NCBI GenBank assembly: GCA_946612115.1
Contig: CAMOEI010000005.1
Span: 23,462 to 87,461 of the forward strand
Direction of reading: 5' to 3'
Source: an uncultured Bacillales bacterium
Lineage (GTDB): Bacteria > Bacillota_I > Bacilli_A > RFN20 > CAG-826
DNA: 64,000 nucleotides
Made by a program: the position numbers and the translations under genes. Positions 38,726 through 48,995 of the stretch are shown piece after piece; the first letter of the stretch is position 1, and each line of letters begins with the position of its first letter. The notes under the pieces were generated by a model. The model did no database searches and had not been told where the DNA came from. It was given only the letters and a program-made list of their open reading frames with translations.

Positions 38726-39839
38726 GATTAATGAAAAAGTTAAAGAAATTCTTAAAAATACACTAGGCGAAGATTACGTTATCGAACACGAAGTTCAAGG
38801 TGGAATGATGAACGTTTCTTATCTAATTAGATCTGGAGATAAGAGATATATTTTGTATCTTCCAACTGAACAAGCTAACGAAATGGTAAACCGTGAATAT
38901 GAAAAAGAACATCAATTAATCGTTAGAGCTTTAGGCATCACATCAAAAAATGTTTATTTCGATGTTAAAAGCGGAATTAAAATCAATGAATATATTGAAG
39001 GTACTTCAATAGATAAAACCGCTGATATCGATTTAAAGAAAATCGCAAAGCTTTTTCATACACTTCACTCTTCTATGCTTATTAGCAAAGAAGACTATAA
39101 TCCATTTGATAGATTTATTAATATCTATGAGAAGGAGTCTCATTCTTTTGATTATGATTTCCCTCAACTATATAAAGATATCCGAGAATTTGTTATTAAA
39201 CATCGCGAGTATTTAGAAAACCAAAGAAAAGTTTTATGTCACAACGATTCTCAAAGAAGTAACATTATTAAATGCGATGACGGATATTACTATTTCATCG
39301 ATTTTGAATTCATGGGAAATAACGATCCAATTTATGATGTTGCCGCCTTTGGTAATGGAGATGTTAAAGACGGACGTGAATTATTAGATGTATATTGCAA
39401 TAATTCTCCTTCAGACGAAGAGATTAAAAGATTCTACTTATGGAGAATGTTTATTTCGTTACAGTGGTATAACGTCGCTATCACAAAGCACTTTAGAGGA
39501 GAAGGCGAAAAACATAACTTCAACTTTTTAGATGTTGCTTCTCATTTCTTAACTAACGCCAAAACAGCATTTGATGGATATCACTTAGAAATTAATGATG
39601 ATGAAGTTCATGATGACACAGTTAAATTAATTGTTATGACTTTAGACAAGATCAGACACTTCCTTAGAAAAGATGGAGGAGACTGTGAATTCATCAGCTT
39701 CAAAGATGGTGTTGTCAACGTTAAAATGTTTGGAGCGTGCCAGGATTGTTCTTATGCATATACCGACATCAAAGAATTGGTAGAGGTTATTTTACAAGAA
39801 GAAGTTCCTGGAGTAAAAGAGGTTAAATTAGCAGAATAA
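38724..39839 (+). CDS. Fusion protein: N-terminal choline/ethanolamine-kinase / aminoglycoside-phosphotransferase-like domain + C-terminal NifU_C (Nfu-type Fe-S scaffold) domain
   Basis: Kinase motifs LCHNDSQRSN (HxDxxxxN) and FIDFEF. C-terminus LRKDGGDCEFISFKDGVVNVKMFGACQDCS…VKEV matches NifU_C (GACxxC). Confidence 0.6.
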   Translation: MINEKVKEILKNTLGEDYVIEHEVQGGMMNVSYLIRSGDKRYILYLPTEQANEMVNREYEKEHQLIVRALGITSKNVYFDVKSGIKINEYIEGTSIDKTADIDLKKIAKLFHTLHSSMLISKEDYNPFDRFINIYEKESHSFDYDFPQLYKDIREFVIKHREYLENQRKVLCHNDSQRSNIIKCDDGYYYFIDFEFMGNNDPIYDVAAFGNGDVKDGRELLDVYCNNSPSDEEIKRFYLWRMFISLQWYNVAITKHFRGEGEKHNFNFLDVASHFLTNAKTAFDGYHLEINDDEVHDDTVKLIVMTLDKIRHFLRKDGGDCEFISFKDGVVNVKMFGACQDCSYAYTDIKELVEVILQEEVPGVKEVKLAE

Positions 39840-39844
39840 ATTCT

Positions 39845-39920
39845 TGGGGTATAGCCAAGCGGTAAGGCATCGGCCTCTGACTCCGAGATTTCCTTGGTTC
39901 GAATCCAAGTACCCCAGCCA
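39845..39920 (+). tRNA. tRNA-Gln (CUG)
   Basis: TGGGGTATAGCCAAGCGGTAAGGCATCGGC-CTCTGAC-TCCGA…CCCCAGCCA; one mismatch in the anticodon stem. Confidence 0.75.
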
Positions 39921-39932
39921 AATTATTAATAC

Positions 39933-39960
39933 TTGAGAGGAAGTTGCCTCTCTTTTTTTA
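39933..39960 (+). terminator. Terminator GAGAGG-aagttg-CCTCTC + T7
   Basis: Seen in sequence. Confidence 0.8.
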
Positions 39961-40010
39961 TCAACAAAAAAACACCATTTAGGTGCATTTTTGCGTAAAA
40001 TATCCGATTT

Positions 40011-40808
40011 TTACTTTAATAAATTCTCTTTTCTATTAACGACGATATAGCCATTACGATTATAAACATCTTCGCGGTTATATCTAATTTCTTTTCCACT
40101 TGGCTCAACGAATATTCCACCAGCTTCAGTGACAACTATTTGACAAGCAGCGGTGTCCCATTCCTTTGTATTTGGAGAACTTCTGAAGGTTATCTCCGCT
40201 AATCCATGAGCAATCGCACATGGTTTTAAAGAGCTGCCTCTTTTCATCACATGTTTGATCTTATCTTGATGACGATCGATAAATTCTTGTTCGTCCTTTG
40301 TGAAATGGAAAACACTAGTAAGCATTGTTAAGTCCTCAACTTTATCATTAACATGGATTCTAACTGCTTCGCTATTACCTTTTTTGAAATAGCTTCCATT
40401 ACCTTTGCTAGCGTAATAGATTTCATCAAGGGCAGGAGCAATAACCACTCCCACTACTAATTCATGTTTATAGGCTAAAGCAATATTTGTGGTAAATTGA
40501 TCATCTTTAGCAACAAAATCTTTAGTGCCATCAACTGGATCAACAATCCAAACAAAATCATTGTTAAGTCTATTTAAATCATCAGTGCTTTCTTCAGTTA
40601 GAAAAGCGTGAGTTGGAAACATTTCATGAAGATATTCTCTAATGATTTTATCGGCGGTCTTATCTGCAATGGTCACTGGAGAATTATCTTCTTTAATTTC
40701 GACTTCAAATTTTTGATGATAAATCTCAAGAATTTTTTCTTTTGCTTTTAAGCCAGCTTCAATCGCTGCAGAGAGTTCTTTTTCCCACATAATTATTTCT
40801 TCTCCCAC
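40011..40808 (-). CDS. Inositol-monophosphatase-family phosphatase (CysQ / 3'(2'),5'-bisphosphate nucleotidase-like)
   Basis: WIVDPVDGT and TEESTDD motifs; overlaps nrnA by 16 nt. Confidence 0.65.
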   Translation of the reverse strand: MGEEIIMWEKELSAAIEAGLKAKEKILEIYHQKFEVEIKEDNSPVTIADKTADKIIREYLHEMFPTHAFLTEESTDDLNRLNNDFVWIVDPVDGTKDFVAKDDQFTTNIALAYKHELVVGVVIAPALDEIYYASKGNGSYFKKGNSEAVRIHVNDKVEDLTMLTSVFHFTKDEQEFIDRHQDKIKHVMKRGSSLKPCAIAHGLAEITFRSSPNTKEWDTAACQIVVTEAGGIFVEPSGKEIRYNREDVYNRNGYIVVNRKENLLK

Positions 40809-41749
40809 TCTTCCACTAAGTCATCAAGTCTATCGACGAGCTTTTCAATGAATTTATAGTCTAATTTTTTTAAAGGCGCACCACTTGCTTGAGAGTGTCC
40901 GCCTCCACCAATACTAGCAGCAATTGGTTGAACAGCAGGGCCGTTGCTACGGAATTCGCAGCGAACTTTCCCATCTTCATATTCAGCAAAACTTGCCCAG
41001 ATTGGGTATCCTTCTACATTTGCTAACATATTGATTAGATTAGAGGCGTGATTAGTGCTAACTCTTAAGTGTTTAAGAGTTCTCTTATCTAAAATGATGT
41101 AAAGGACGTGATTCTTTTTACTCTTTTTATAATGAGAAAGAACATATCCTTTAACAGCGAGAGTCTTTTCATTTGTCTTTGATAACTTATCATAGACAGT
41201 TTTTATATCTCCGCCTTTTTCTACTAAATATTTAGCACGCTCAAATGTTTGAGGATAGTTTGTGACAAATTGGAATCTAGCGCTATCAGAAACAATACCA
41301 AGAAGTAAAGCGGTTGCTCCTACTTTAGTAATTTTTAAATCGTTATCCATCACTAATCCAGCGATAATATCGCATGCTGAATTTGCGTTGGTGTCTACAA
41401 TATATGGACCTTCTTTAAAAGTTCCTGTATCGATGTGATGATCAATCTTTGCCCAATCTGCACAATTATAGATACGAGAATCTTCCATTCTAGAAAGATC
41501 GTTCGCATCCACTAAAATTCCTAGAGACTTTTTAAATACGTCATCAGCGATTTCATCAACAGGGTAAAGCAAATCAAAAACATATGGAATGCCTGAACCT
41601 GCTAATAAAACTGTTTTATTTGGGTATCTTGAAAGAATAATTTCTTTCATTCCAACTTGCGCGCCAAAGCAGTCGCAGTCTGGATTGAGATGACCAAAAA
41701 TAATTATTGAGTCGTATTTTTCAATCTTCTCAAGAATTTGTTTAAACAT
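40793..41749 (-). CDS. nrnA: DHH/DHHA1 phosphoesterase NrnA (nanoRNase / pAp phosphatase)
   Basis: DCDCFGA, KIDHH, GGGGH motifs. Confidence 0.75.
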   Translation of the reverse strand: MFKQILEKIEKYDSIIIFGHLNPDCDCFGAQVGMKEIILSRYPNKTVLLAGSGIPYVFDLLYPVDEIADDVFKKSLGILVDANDLSRMEDSRIYNCADWAKIDHHIDTGTFKEGPYIVDTNANSACDIIAGLVMDNDLKITKVGATALLLGIVSDSARFQFVTNYPQTFERAKYLVEKGGDIKTVYDKLSKTNEKTLAVKGYVLSHYKKSKKNHVLYIILDKRTLKHLRVSTNHASNLINMLANVEGYPIWASFAEYEDGKVRCEFRSNGPAVQPIAASIGGGGHSQASGAPLKKLDYKFIEKLVDRLDDLVEEWEKK

Positions 41750-41751
41750 GA

Positions 41752-42150
41752 TTAGAATTCTCTTTCTTCAGATTCCTCTTCGGATTCTTCATCTTCTAAT
41801 TCTTCTTTGTCGGAATCTTCAGATGATTTATCTTCTTCATATTCTAAATCTTCTTGATCTAATCCTTCAGTGTCATCATCGGAAGTTTGAACGTCTTTAT
41901 AGACATCTTTCATATCGATGTGAACTTTATCAAAGGTGTGTCTTTCTCTTAAGTCCCATTCGTTTTCTCCAAGAGTAACAAATCTTCCATCTAATAAGAT
42001 GTTAGTGAAGAATTGACCAGCTTTTGCGTTAGCGTCTTTTTCGCTTAATCCACTTTCGGCTTTAACATAAGCCCAAATGTCTGCAAAATTGACTGGATCT
42101 TTGCTCTTTGAGACAAACTCATAAGCATATTCAATTAATGATTTAGCCAT
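41752..42150 (-). CDS. rpoE: RNA polymerase delta subunit
   Basis: N-terminal HARE-HTH-like domain + poly-acidic C-terminal tail. Confidence 0.8.
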   Translation of the reverse strand: MAKSLIEYAYEFVSKSKDPVNFADIWAYVKAESGLSEKDANAKAGQFFTNILLDGRFVTLGENEWDLRERHTFDKVHIDMKDVYKDVQTSDDDTEGLDQEDLEYEEDKSSEDSDKEELEDEESEEESEEREF

Positions 42151-42167
42151 AATGTTTCTCCTTTTTC

Positions 42168-43787
42168 TTACATATGGTCTGGTGCAGAAACACCAAGAAG
42201 TTTAAGTGCGTTACTTAAAACAATTTTACTCGCTAGGCATAAGCCTAATCGAGAAGAAGTAACCGATAAATTACTTCTATCTATAACTCGACATTCAGTG
42301 TAGAAGCTATGAACTTGTTCGGCAACTTCATGAATGTAGTTAGCAATTTTATATGGTGCTCTTTCTTTAGAGGCCACCTTGACAACATCAGGGAATTTAG
42401 CAAGAGTCTTGATTAAATCAAGCTCACTCTTTTTACTTAATTCATTTCCTAATTTATCAATAGTGATATCACTAGCACTTTCTAATACGCTTGCTAATCG
42501 TGCATGTGCATATTGAGCGTAATAGACGGGATTATCACTACTTTGTTTAACAGCAAGATCTAAATCAAAATCTAAATGTCCACTGGCAGCTCTTGTAACA
42601 AAGAAGAATCTAGCAGCATCCACTCCAACATCTTCGCAGAGTTCTCTAAGAGTGTAACCGTTTCCAGTTCTTTTAGAGAGTTTAAATTCTGCCCCGTCTT
42701 TCATCATTCTCACCATTTGAATGAGTTCGATTTCCAAGACGTCTTTAGAATAGCCATGCATCATCAAAGCGCTCTTCATACGGTTAATATAACCGTGATG
42801 GTCTGCTCCAAGGACATCGATTAATAAATCGTACCCTCTAGATAATTTGTTAACGTGATAAACAATGTCTGGTAAGAAATATGTATAATCTCCATTACCT
42901 TTAACAATGACACGGTCTTTATCATCTAGATAATCAGTAGTTTTAAGGACTAAAGCACCTTCATCTTTATAGATATGCTTATCCAGATAAGCAATTTCTT
43001 TTTCTACTGCGTTATTACTTCTAATTTTTCTTTCGCTAGAATATATATCAAATTTGATGCGATAATTCGCTAAATCTTCTCTAATCTTATCTAGTTCAAT
43101 TTCCATTCCTCTTTCTTTGAAGAATTCTAATGGATTTTCATAAGTTAGAGCTTTATCGCCAACTTCTTCATAAATCTTTCTAGCGACAGCTTTAACATCT
43201 TCCCCGTGATATCCATCTTCAGGAAATTCGCAAGGAACACCAAGGATTTCTTTATATCTAGCTTCAATCGATTTGGCTAAGTTATTGATTTGATTACCAG
43301 CGTCATTAATGTAATATTCACGAGTAACATCATATCCATCAAATTCTAAAATTCTAGAGATTGAATCTCCAATTGCTGCCCCTCTAGCGTGACCAACATG
43401 GAGATCTCCGGTTGGATTAGCAGAAACAAATTCAACATTTACTTTGAAGTTTTTCTTTTCGCCTCGTCCATAGTTTTCTTTTTCATCAATGATTTTGCTA
43501 ACGACATTGGTTAGAGAGTCTTGTTTCATAAAGAAATTGATAAATCCAGGTCCAGCAACTTCAATATGATCGATAGAGGCTTTATCAAGATTTTCAATAA
43601 TCAAAGAGGCAACATCTCTAGGAGATTTGCCAAAATTACGCGCACTCTTAAGAGCAATATTTGTAGCGTAATCACCATGGGCAGGATCTTTAGAATCTTC
43701 AATGACGATTTCGTTAACGTCTAAATCCACTCCTAAGGCTTTAAGAGCGTTTTTGATATTAAGTTTTAAGCTTTCTTTAATATCCAT
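42168..43787 (-). CDS. argS: Arginine--tRNA ligase
   Basis: HVGHARGAAIGD (HIGH) and KMSKR-like LSKRTG motifs. Confidence 0.9.
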   Translation of the reverse strand: MDIKESLKLNIKNALKALGVDLDVNEIVIEDSKDPAHGDYATNIALKSARNFGKSPRDVASLIIENLDKASIDHIEVAGPGFINFFMKQDSLTNVVSKIIDEKENYGRGEKKNFKVNVEFVSANPTGDLHVGHARGAAIGDSISRILEFDGYDVTREYYINDAGNQINNLAKSIEARYKEILGVPCEFPEDGYHGEDVKAVARKIYEEVGDKALTYENPLEFFKERGMEIELDKIREDLANYRIKFDIYSSERKIRSNNAVEKEIAYLDKHIYKDEGALVLKTTDYLDDKDRVIVKGNGDYTYFLPDIVYHVNKLSRGYDLLIDVLGADHHGYINRMKSALMMHGYSKDVLEIELIQMVRMMKDGAEFKLSKRTGNGYTLRELCEDVGVDAARFFFVTRAASGHLDFDLDLAVKQSSDNPVYYAQYAHARLASVLESASDITIDKLGNELSKKSELDLIKTLAKFPDVVKVASKERAPYKIANYIHEVAEQVHSFYTECRVIDRSNLSVTSSRLGLCLASKIVLSNALKLLGVSAPDHM

Positions 43788-43829
43788 AAATCATTTCATT
43801 ATACTTATTACTAATAAATTAGCAATAAA

Positions 43830-44306
43830 TTATTTACTTTCTAATAGGACAATAGAGGTCGCTTCAATCGCTTCTCCTTTTCCTACTTCTCCACATCCTT
43901 CATTAGTTCCAGCTTTAATCGAAACATTTGAAATTTCGGTATTTAATAATCTAGCAACATTGCTTCTCATATGAGGAATGTAGTCTTTTAATTTTGGTTT
44001 CTCCAAAGAGACAAAGATATCAGCGTTAACAACTTTATATCCTTTTTCATCCATCATCTTCACTACTTTAGAAACAATGATTTCACTATTCATGTCTTTG
44101 GTTTCACTAGAAGTATCTGGGAAATGAGTTCCTAAATCTCCTAATGCAAGAGCACCCAAAATAGATTCCGCTAAAGCGTGATATAAAACATCTCCATCAC
44201 TATGAGCGAATTCTCCTTTTTCAAAAGGAACAACAACTCCTCCAATGATGAGTTTTCTATTTTCCACTAATCGATGAATATCTTTACTAAAACCAATTCG
44301 ATTCAT
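43830..44306 (-). CDS. ispF: 2-C-methyl-D-erythritol 2,4-cyclodiphosphate synthase
   Basis: IGFSKDIHRL…HSDGDVLYHAL motifs. Confidence 0.85.
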   Translation of the reverse strand: MNRIGFSKDIHRLVENRKLIIGGVVVPFEKGEFAHSDGDVLYHALAESILGALALGDLGTHFPDTSSETKDMNSEIIVSKVVKMMDEKGYKVVNADIFVSLEKPKLKDYIPHMRSNVARLLNTEISNVSIKAGTNEGCGEVGKGEAIEATSIVLLESK

Positions 44307-45421
44307 TATTTTTTACCAGAGACATTGAATTTGAAGAACATGATATCTCCATCTTTTGGGAAATATCCTTTTCCTTCAGTACGTAATTTACCAGCTTCTT
44401 TAACCGCCACTTCACTGCCTAATTCATGAATAGCATCATAATGATACACTTCAGCGCAGATAAATCCTTTTTCAAAATCGGTATGGATAATACCAGCGCA
44501 ATTAGGGGCGCTCATCCCGTTAGTGAATGTCCAGGCTCGACATTCATCAGGACCCACTGTAAAGAAAGTTGATAAATTTAATAATTTATAAGTAGCCTTA
44601 ATTAATCTAGAAAGACCACTATCAGAGATTCCTAATTCTTGAAGGAATTCTTTTCTTTCTTCCTTAGGAAGTTCTGAGAGTTGAGATTCAATTTCACAGC
44701 TAACTGGAATAACTTCATTTCCTTCTTTAGAAGCGTATTCTTTAACTTGGTTATATAATTCGCAGCTATCGATATCTAATAAATCTTCTTCAGACACATT
44801 AGCGACATAGATGATACTTTTTTTAGTAAGAAGATGATAATTTTTAACCACTTCTTCTTGCTCACTAGTTAAAGATACAGTTCTAGCAGGATTGCCTAAC
44901 TCTAATGCTTCTTTAATAGGAGTTAATGCGGACATTTCTAAAACAGACTCTTTATCTTTTAAGATACGGGCTTTATTTTCAATCTTCTCAATTCTTTTAT
45001 TAACAGTGTCTAAATCTGCCATAACGAGTTCAAGATTAATAACCTCGATATCTCTAATTGGATCAACACTGCCTTCGACGTGGATGATGTCAGAATTATT
45101 AAAACATCTAACAACTTCGACAATCGCGTCACATTCTCTAATATGTGAAAGGAATTGGTTGCCTAATCCTTCTCCTTTAGACGCCCCTCTTACTAATCCA
45201 GCGATGTCATAAAATTCAACAGTAGCAGGAATAGTTCTTTCTGGTTTAAAAATATTCACTAAAAAGTCGAGTCTTTCATCAGGAACTCCAACCACTCTAG
45301 TGTTAGGATTGATGGTCGCAAAAGGATAATTAGCGGCCTCAACGTGCGAGTTTGTAATCGCATTAAATAACGTTGATTTTCCAACGTTCGGTAGTCCAAC
45401 AATTCCTGCTTTTAATCCCAT
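44306..45421 (-). CDS. ychF: Ribosome-binding ATPase YchF
   Basis: GIVGLPNVGKSTLFNAIT P-loop; TGS domain at the C-terminus. Confidence 0.9.
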   Translation of the reverse strand: MGLKAGIVGLPNVGKSTLFNAITNSHVEAANYPFATINPNTRVVGVPDERLDFLVNIFKPERTIPATVEFYDIAGLVRGASKGEGLGNQFLSHIRECDAIVEVVRCFNNSDIIHVEGSVDPIRDIEVINLELVMADLDTVNKRIEKIENKARILKDKESVLEMSALTPIKEALELGNPARTVSLTSEQEEVVKNYHLLTKKSIIYVANVSEEDLLDIDSCELYNQVKEYASKEGNEVIPVSCEIESQLSELPKEERKEFLQELGISDSGLSRLIKATYKLLNLSTFFTVGPDECRAWTFTNGMSAPNCAGIIHTDFEKGFICAEVYHYDAIHELGSEVAVKEAGKLRTEGKGYFPKDGDIMFFKFNVSGKK

Positions 45422-45514
45422 GATGATAACCCTTCTATAATACTTTTCGCATTGAATATTATATTCAACAAAATAATATTTACCAAGAAATTGTAAAATA
45501 ATTACAATATTGTT

Positions 45515-46267
45515 ATGAGAATTTTTGCAAATATTGTCACTTTATTTGTTATCGGATCACTATTTGGTTGGATTCTTGAAGTGTTCTTTAGGCGTTTCTT
45601 TTCTCAAAAAAGATGGATGAATCCAGGCTTTTTACAAGGTCCTTATCTTCCTATTTATGGGTTTGGAGTCTTGGGAATGTATGGATTAAGCGAAATCTTT
45701 AAAATCATCACCGCGAGTTGGACGATTCCAAACTGGATTTCTATTATCATTCAAATCTTAGTTATTGGAATTTCTTTAATCGTTATCGAATTCATCGCCG
45801 GACTTATTTTTATAAAAGGAATGGGTCTTAAGCTCTGGGACTATTCTGATAGATGGGGAAATACGATGGGCATTATCTGTCCATTATTCGATGTCTTATG
45901 GACCGCGGCAGGAGCGATTTATTATTTCTTTATCCATCCTTATCTTAAAGAAGGTATCGAGTGGCTCGCTTTAGAATCACATAATGTCTATTACCTTCTT
46001 ATTGGAATTGTTCTCGGTATGATGTTAGTGGACACCGCTTACTCAGTCCACTTAGCGACAAGGTTATCGAAGTTCGCTAAGGAAAACAAAGTTGTTCTTT
46101 CTTTGAAAGATTTACAACTTAAGGTCAAGGAAGCAAGAGACGATTTTAAAGAGAAACATCACTTCTATATCACCCCTAGTGATTTGAAGAGATTTATCGA
46201 CTCTAAGATAAGCAACTTAAAGGATCAAGAGAAGAAACCTTCTTCACCAGAAATAGAGAAGAAATAA
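45515..46267 (+). CDS. Polytopic membrane protein (DUF1113 / putative ABC-transporter type IV-like) with Lys-rich tail
   Basis: Hydrophobic profile. 3' end overlaps the convergent ABC/FtsX gene by ~65 nt. Confidence 0.4.
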   Translation: MRIFANIVTLFVIGSLFGWILEVFFRRFFSQKRWMNPGFLQGPYLPIYGFGVLGMYGLSEIFKIITASWTIPNWISIIIQILVIGISLIVIEFIAGLIFIKGMGLKLWDYSDRWGNTMGIICPLFDVLWTAAGAIYYFFIHPYLKEGIEWLALESHNVYYLLIGIVLGMMLVDTAYSVHLATRLSKFAKENKVVLSLKDLQLKVKEARDDFKEKHHFYITPSDLKRFIDSKISNLKDQEKKPSSPEIEKK

Positions 46268-48995
46268 CACTAATCAGTAGCGATAATCCAAGCATTAAAA
46301 ATAAGGAGATTGGATTAAACACAAACATTGATTCGATATATAGAGCCTTTGCCAAAGCTTTTGATAAGATAAAAGCCACAAGTAAAAGTTCTATACTAGA
46401 TAAGATAAAAGCTATCAAAGTCATGACAATAGAATGAGAAAAAATAAACTTATAGCTTTCAAACTTACTAACACCAAGGCATCGGATTAAACCGATGTCT
46501 TTTTTTGTCTCAATAAAATGAAGATAGTTACAAATAAATAAGATGAGTGAGGCAATAACTACACTAGCAATAGAGCAAATAAGCATGATTGTTTCGATAT
46601 AACCACATATTGTGAGAACACTACTTTTCACATCGTTTAATGGTGAAGAAAATTTATAATCCGGAAAAGCTTTTTCTAATAGTTTAATCACTGCTATCTC
46701 TTTATCTTTATCAATTTGTAGAGCGATATTTTCAACACTCAAATCAAAAGTCGATATTCCTAGCGAACATTGAAAAAACAAAATCGACCATTCTTCATTA
46801 TGTGATAGGGAATATCTTCCGCTATCAGAAACACCCACTATTTTCAAAGGGACATTGACGAAATCTCTAGATAAATATCCTTTTGGATTTAAATCTTCTC
46901 TAACTGGGAAAGAAAAATAGATAGTTTGATTAATTGAATTATCCATACCTAATTTTTTTAATAAAGAATTAGATACCACTATTTCTTGATAATTAATAGG
47001 TTTCCTGCCGGCCACTAATTTATAGTTAGGCTCAAATGTCAATCCTTCAGTTTTTGTTTTAGTGAAATGACCTTCCACCATGTTTTTAGGTAGGGTTATA
47101 TTGTTTGAGTCTTCATATTTGATATAACTCATTAAATCAACGATGTCATCTATGTCATTTAAACTCTTAGACAAGAAGGTGTGCCTAGCAAATCCACTCA
47201 TCAAACTTTGATCATATATGGCGTATCCATTAGATGAACCATATATAACGGATTTAACATTTTTTGAAACTTTTGGGGCATTTTTGCCGATAAATGATGG
47301 AGTTATGTCCTTATTTTCTCTATTAATTGGTATCACTCTATTACATTCGAAAGTATCTTTATGCTCACATCTAGTTTGATAATATTTCTTGTCCAAAATT
47401 TCATAATCAATTTCGATACTTGAGAATTTATTTTCAATTAAAAATTCATCTCTATTTTCACTAAATTCAAGATAATAACATTTCTTTAAATCCCACGGGT
47501 TAGCAGTGTTTTGGTTGATAATGTTTGTTGTTGGTAAACTCATTACATCTTCAAAGATGAATTCGTTCCACAATCTGTCAGTTTGATATATCAAATTAGT
47601 GCTAGATAAAATAAAACCAACAATATTGATTTCAAATTCAACCGCATAGCTCCATCTATCGTTTGCAAATTCAAATATCGTAGTGACAAAGTCATTCTCT
47701 TCAATATATTTGCTTAAGGAATCAATGGTTCTTGGAATTTGAAGTTGATAACATAACTCACTAATTTGAAGCATTGATAAAGAAATCACTACTTCGTTTG
47801 GATAAAGCTCTATTGGCCTAGATGGATAGATGTCTCCTCTATATTCATCTAGCATTTCAAATTCGTTAATCGAACTAGCGGACAAATTACAAAAGCTTTT
47901 CTTATAACCAGTTCTTTTTAGATAAATAGAGTTAAATGTTGGGAAGAAATTATCTAAGTTATTGAAATAAAACACTCCAATATCAGATATATTTTCATAT
48001 CGATTCTTGTAATCAAACGCATCAAGATAATTAATTGAAGTCACTGTATCTTTTTTGATATTAGGATTTTCATTTGAAACAATGATTTTATCATCGTCTA
48101 AAATAGAGGAATAACTCCTATATAAATTCGAAGAAACGACTTCACTTAATAAACCCGCTAAACCAATTCCGACTAAGCCTAAAGAAGTTGCCATAATTGA
48201 AAATAGATTTCTCCACTTTCGTTGTTTTATTGAATTAAATGTATGTGATAAAAGAAATCCAAACGGAAGTTTTTGTTTATCATTCCTATAAGAGAGTCTA
48301 ATCAAAGGTAAAACTGTTTCCTTCTTTTCTTTTTCTATTAATTTATTAGAAATGATTTCTCCATCTTTCATTTCCACGATTTGAGTTCCATATTCTTTGG
48401 CGATTGATGGGTCGTGAGTCACCATAATGACCAATGATTTTTTACTAATTTTATTTAATATCTCCATGACAATTTTGGAGTTAGCCTCATCTAAATTACC
48501 GGTTGGCTCATCCGCTAAAATAATTTTAGGTGAGTTTGCTAACGCTCTAGCGATCGCGACTCTTTGTTTTTCTCCACCACTAAGATTTTGAACTAATTGA
48601 TTTTTGTATTCCGATAGACCGACAAGTTTTAATAAATCATCCACTCTTCTTTCTTTTCGAGAATTTAAATCGATAGAGGATATATCCATTGCCAATAGAA
48701 TATTTTTCCTAACAGATTCAAATTCAAAAAGTTTAAAGTCTTGAAAAATAAAGCCGATCTTTTGATTCCGAATCATGTCTTTTTCTTTATTAGACATTTT
48801 TGAATATCTTTTGCCGTCTAAAAGTATTTCTCCATCAAATGGTAATAAAGAAGAAATAACATTTAATAATGTGGTTTTACCACATCCAGATGGTCCTTTA
48901 ATGATAACTAGCCCTGTTCTTTGAAAAGATATAGAGACATTATTTAATGCAAGTTCGTTATTAAATCTTTTAGTGACATTTTTAATTTCAATCAT
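46203..48995 (-). CDS. Fused ABC ATPase + large extracytoplasmic domain + FtsX-like permease (MacB-like), paralogue 2
   Basis: Walker A GPSGCGKTT, signature LSGGEKQRVAIARAL, C-terminal 4-TM FtsX-type region; 930 aa. Confidence 0.7.
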   Translation of the reverse strand: MIEIKNVTKRFNNELALNNVSISFQRTGLVIIKGPSGCGKTTLLNVISSLLPFDGEILLDGKRYSKMSNKEKDMIRNQKIGFIFQDFKLFEFESVRKNILLAMDISSIDLNSRKERRVDDLLKLVGLSEYKNQLVQNLSGGEKQRVAIARALANSPKIILADEPTGNLDEANSKIVMEILNKISKKSLVIMVTHDPSIAKEYGTQIVEMKDGEIISNKLIEKEKKETVLPLIRLSYRNDKQKLPFGFLLSHTFNSIKQRKWRNLFSIMATSLGLVGIGLAGLLSEVVSSNLYRSYSSILDDDKIIVSNENPNIKKDTVTSINYLDAFDYKNRYENISDIGVFYFNNLDNFFPTFNSIYLKRTGYKKSFCNLSASSINEFEMLDEYRGDIYPSRPIELYPNEVVISLSMLQISELCYQLQIPRTIDSLSKYIEENDFVTTIFEFANDRWSYAVEFEINIVGFILSSTNLIYQTDRLWNEFIFEDVMSLPTTNIINQNTANPWDLKKCYYLEFSENRDEFLIENKFSSIEIDYEILDKKYYQTRCEHKDTFECNRVIPINRENKDITPSFIGKNAPKVSKNVKSVIYGSSNGYAIYDQSLMSGFARHTFLSKSLNDIDDIVDLMSYIKYEDSNNITLPKNMVEGHFTKTKTEGLTFEPNYKLVAGRKPINYQEIVVSNSLLKKLGMDNSINQTIYFSFPVREDLNPKGYLSRDFVNVPLKIVGVSDSGRYSLSHNEEWSILFFQCSLGISTFDLSVENIALQIDKDKEIAVIKLLEKAFPDYKFSSPLNDVKSSVLTICGYIETIMLICSIASVVIASLILFICNYLHFIETKKDIGLIRCLGVSKFESYKFIFSHSIVMTLIAFILSSIELLLVAFILSKALAKALYIESMFVFNPISLFLMLGLSLLISVISSLFLVKKVSSLDPLSCLS

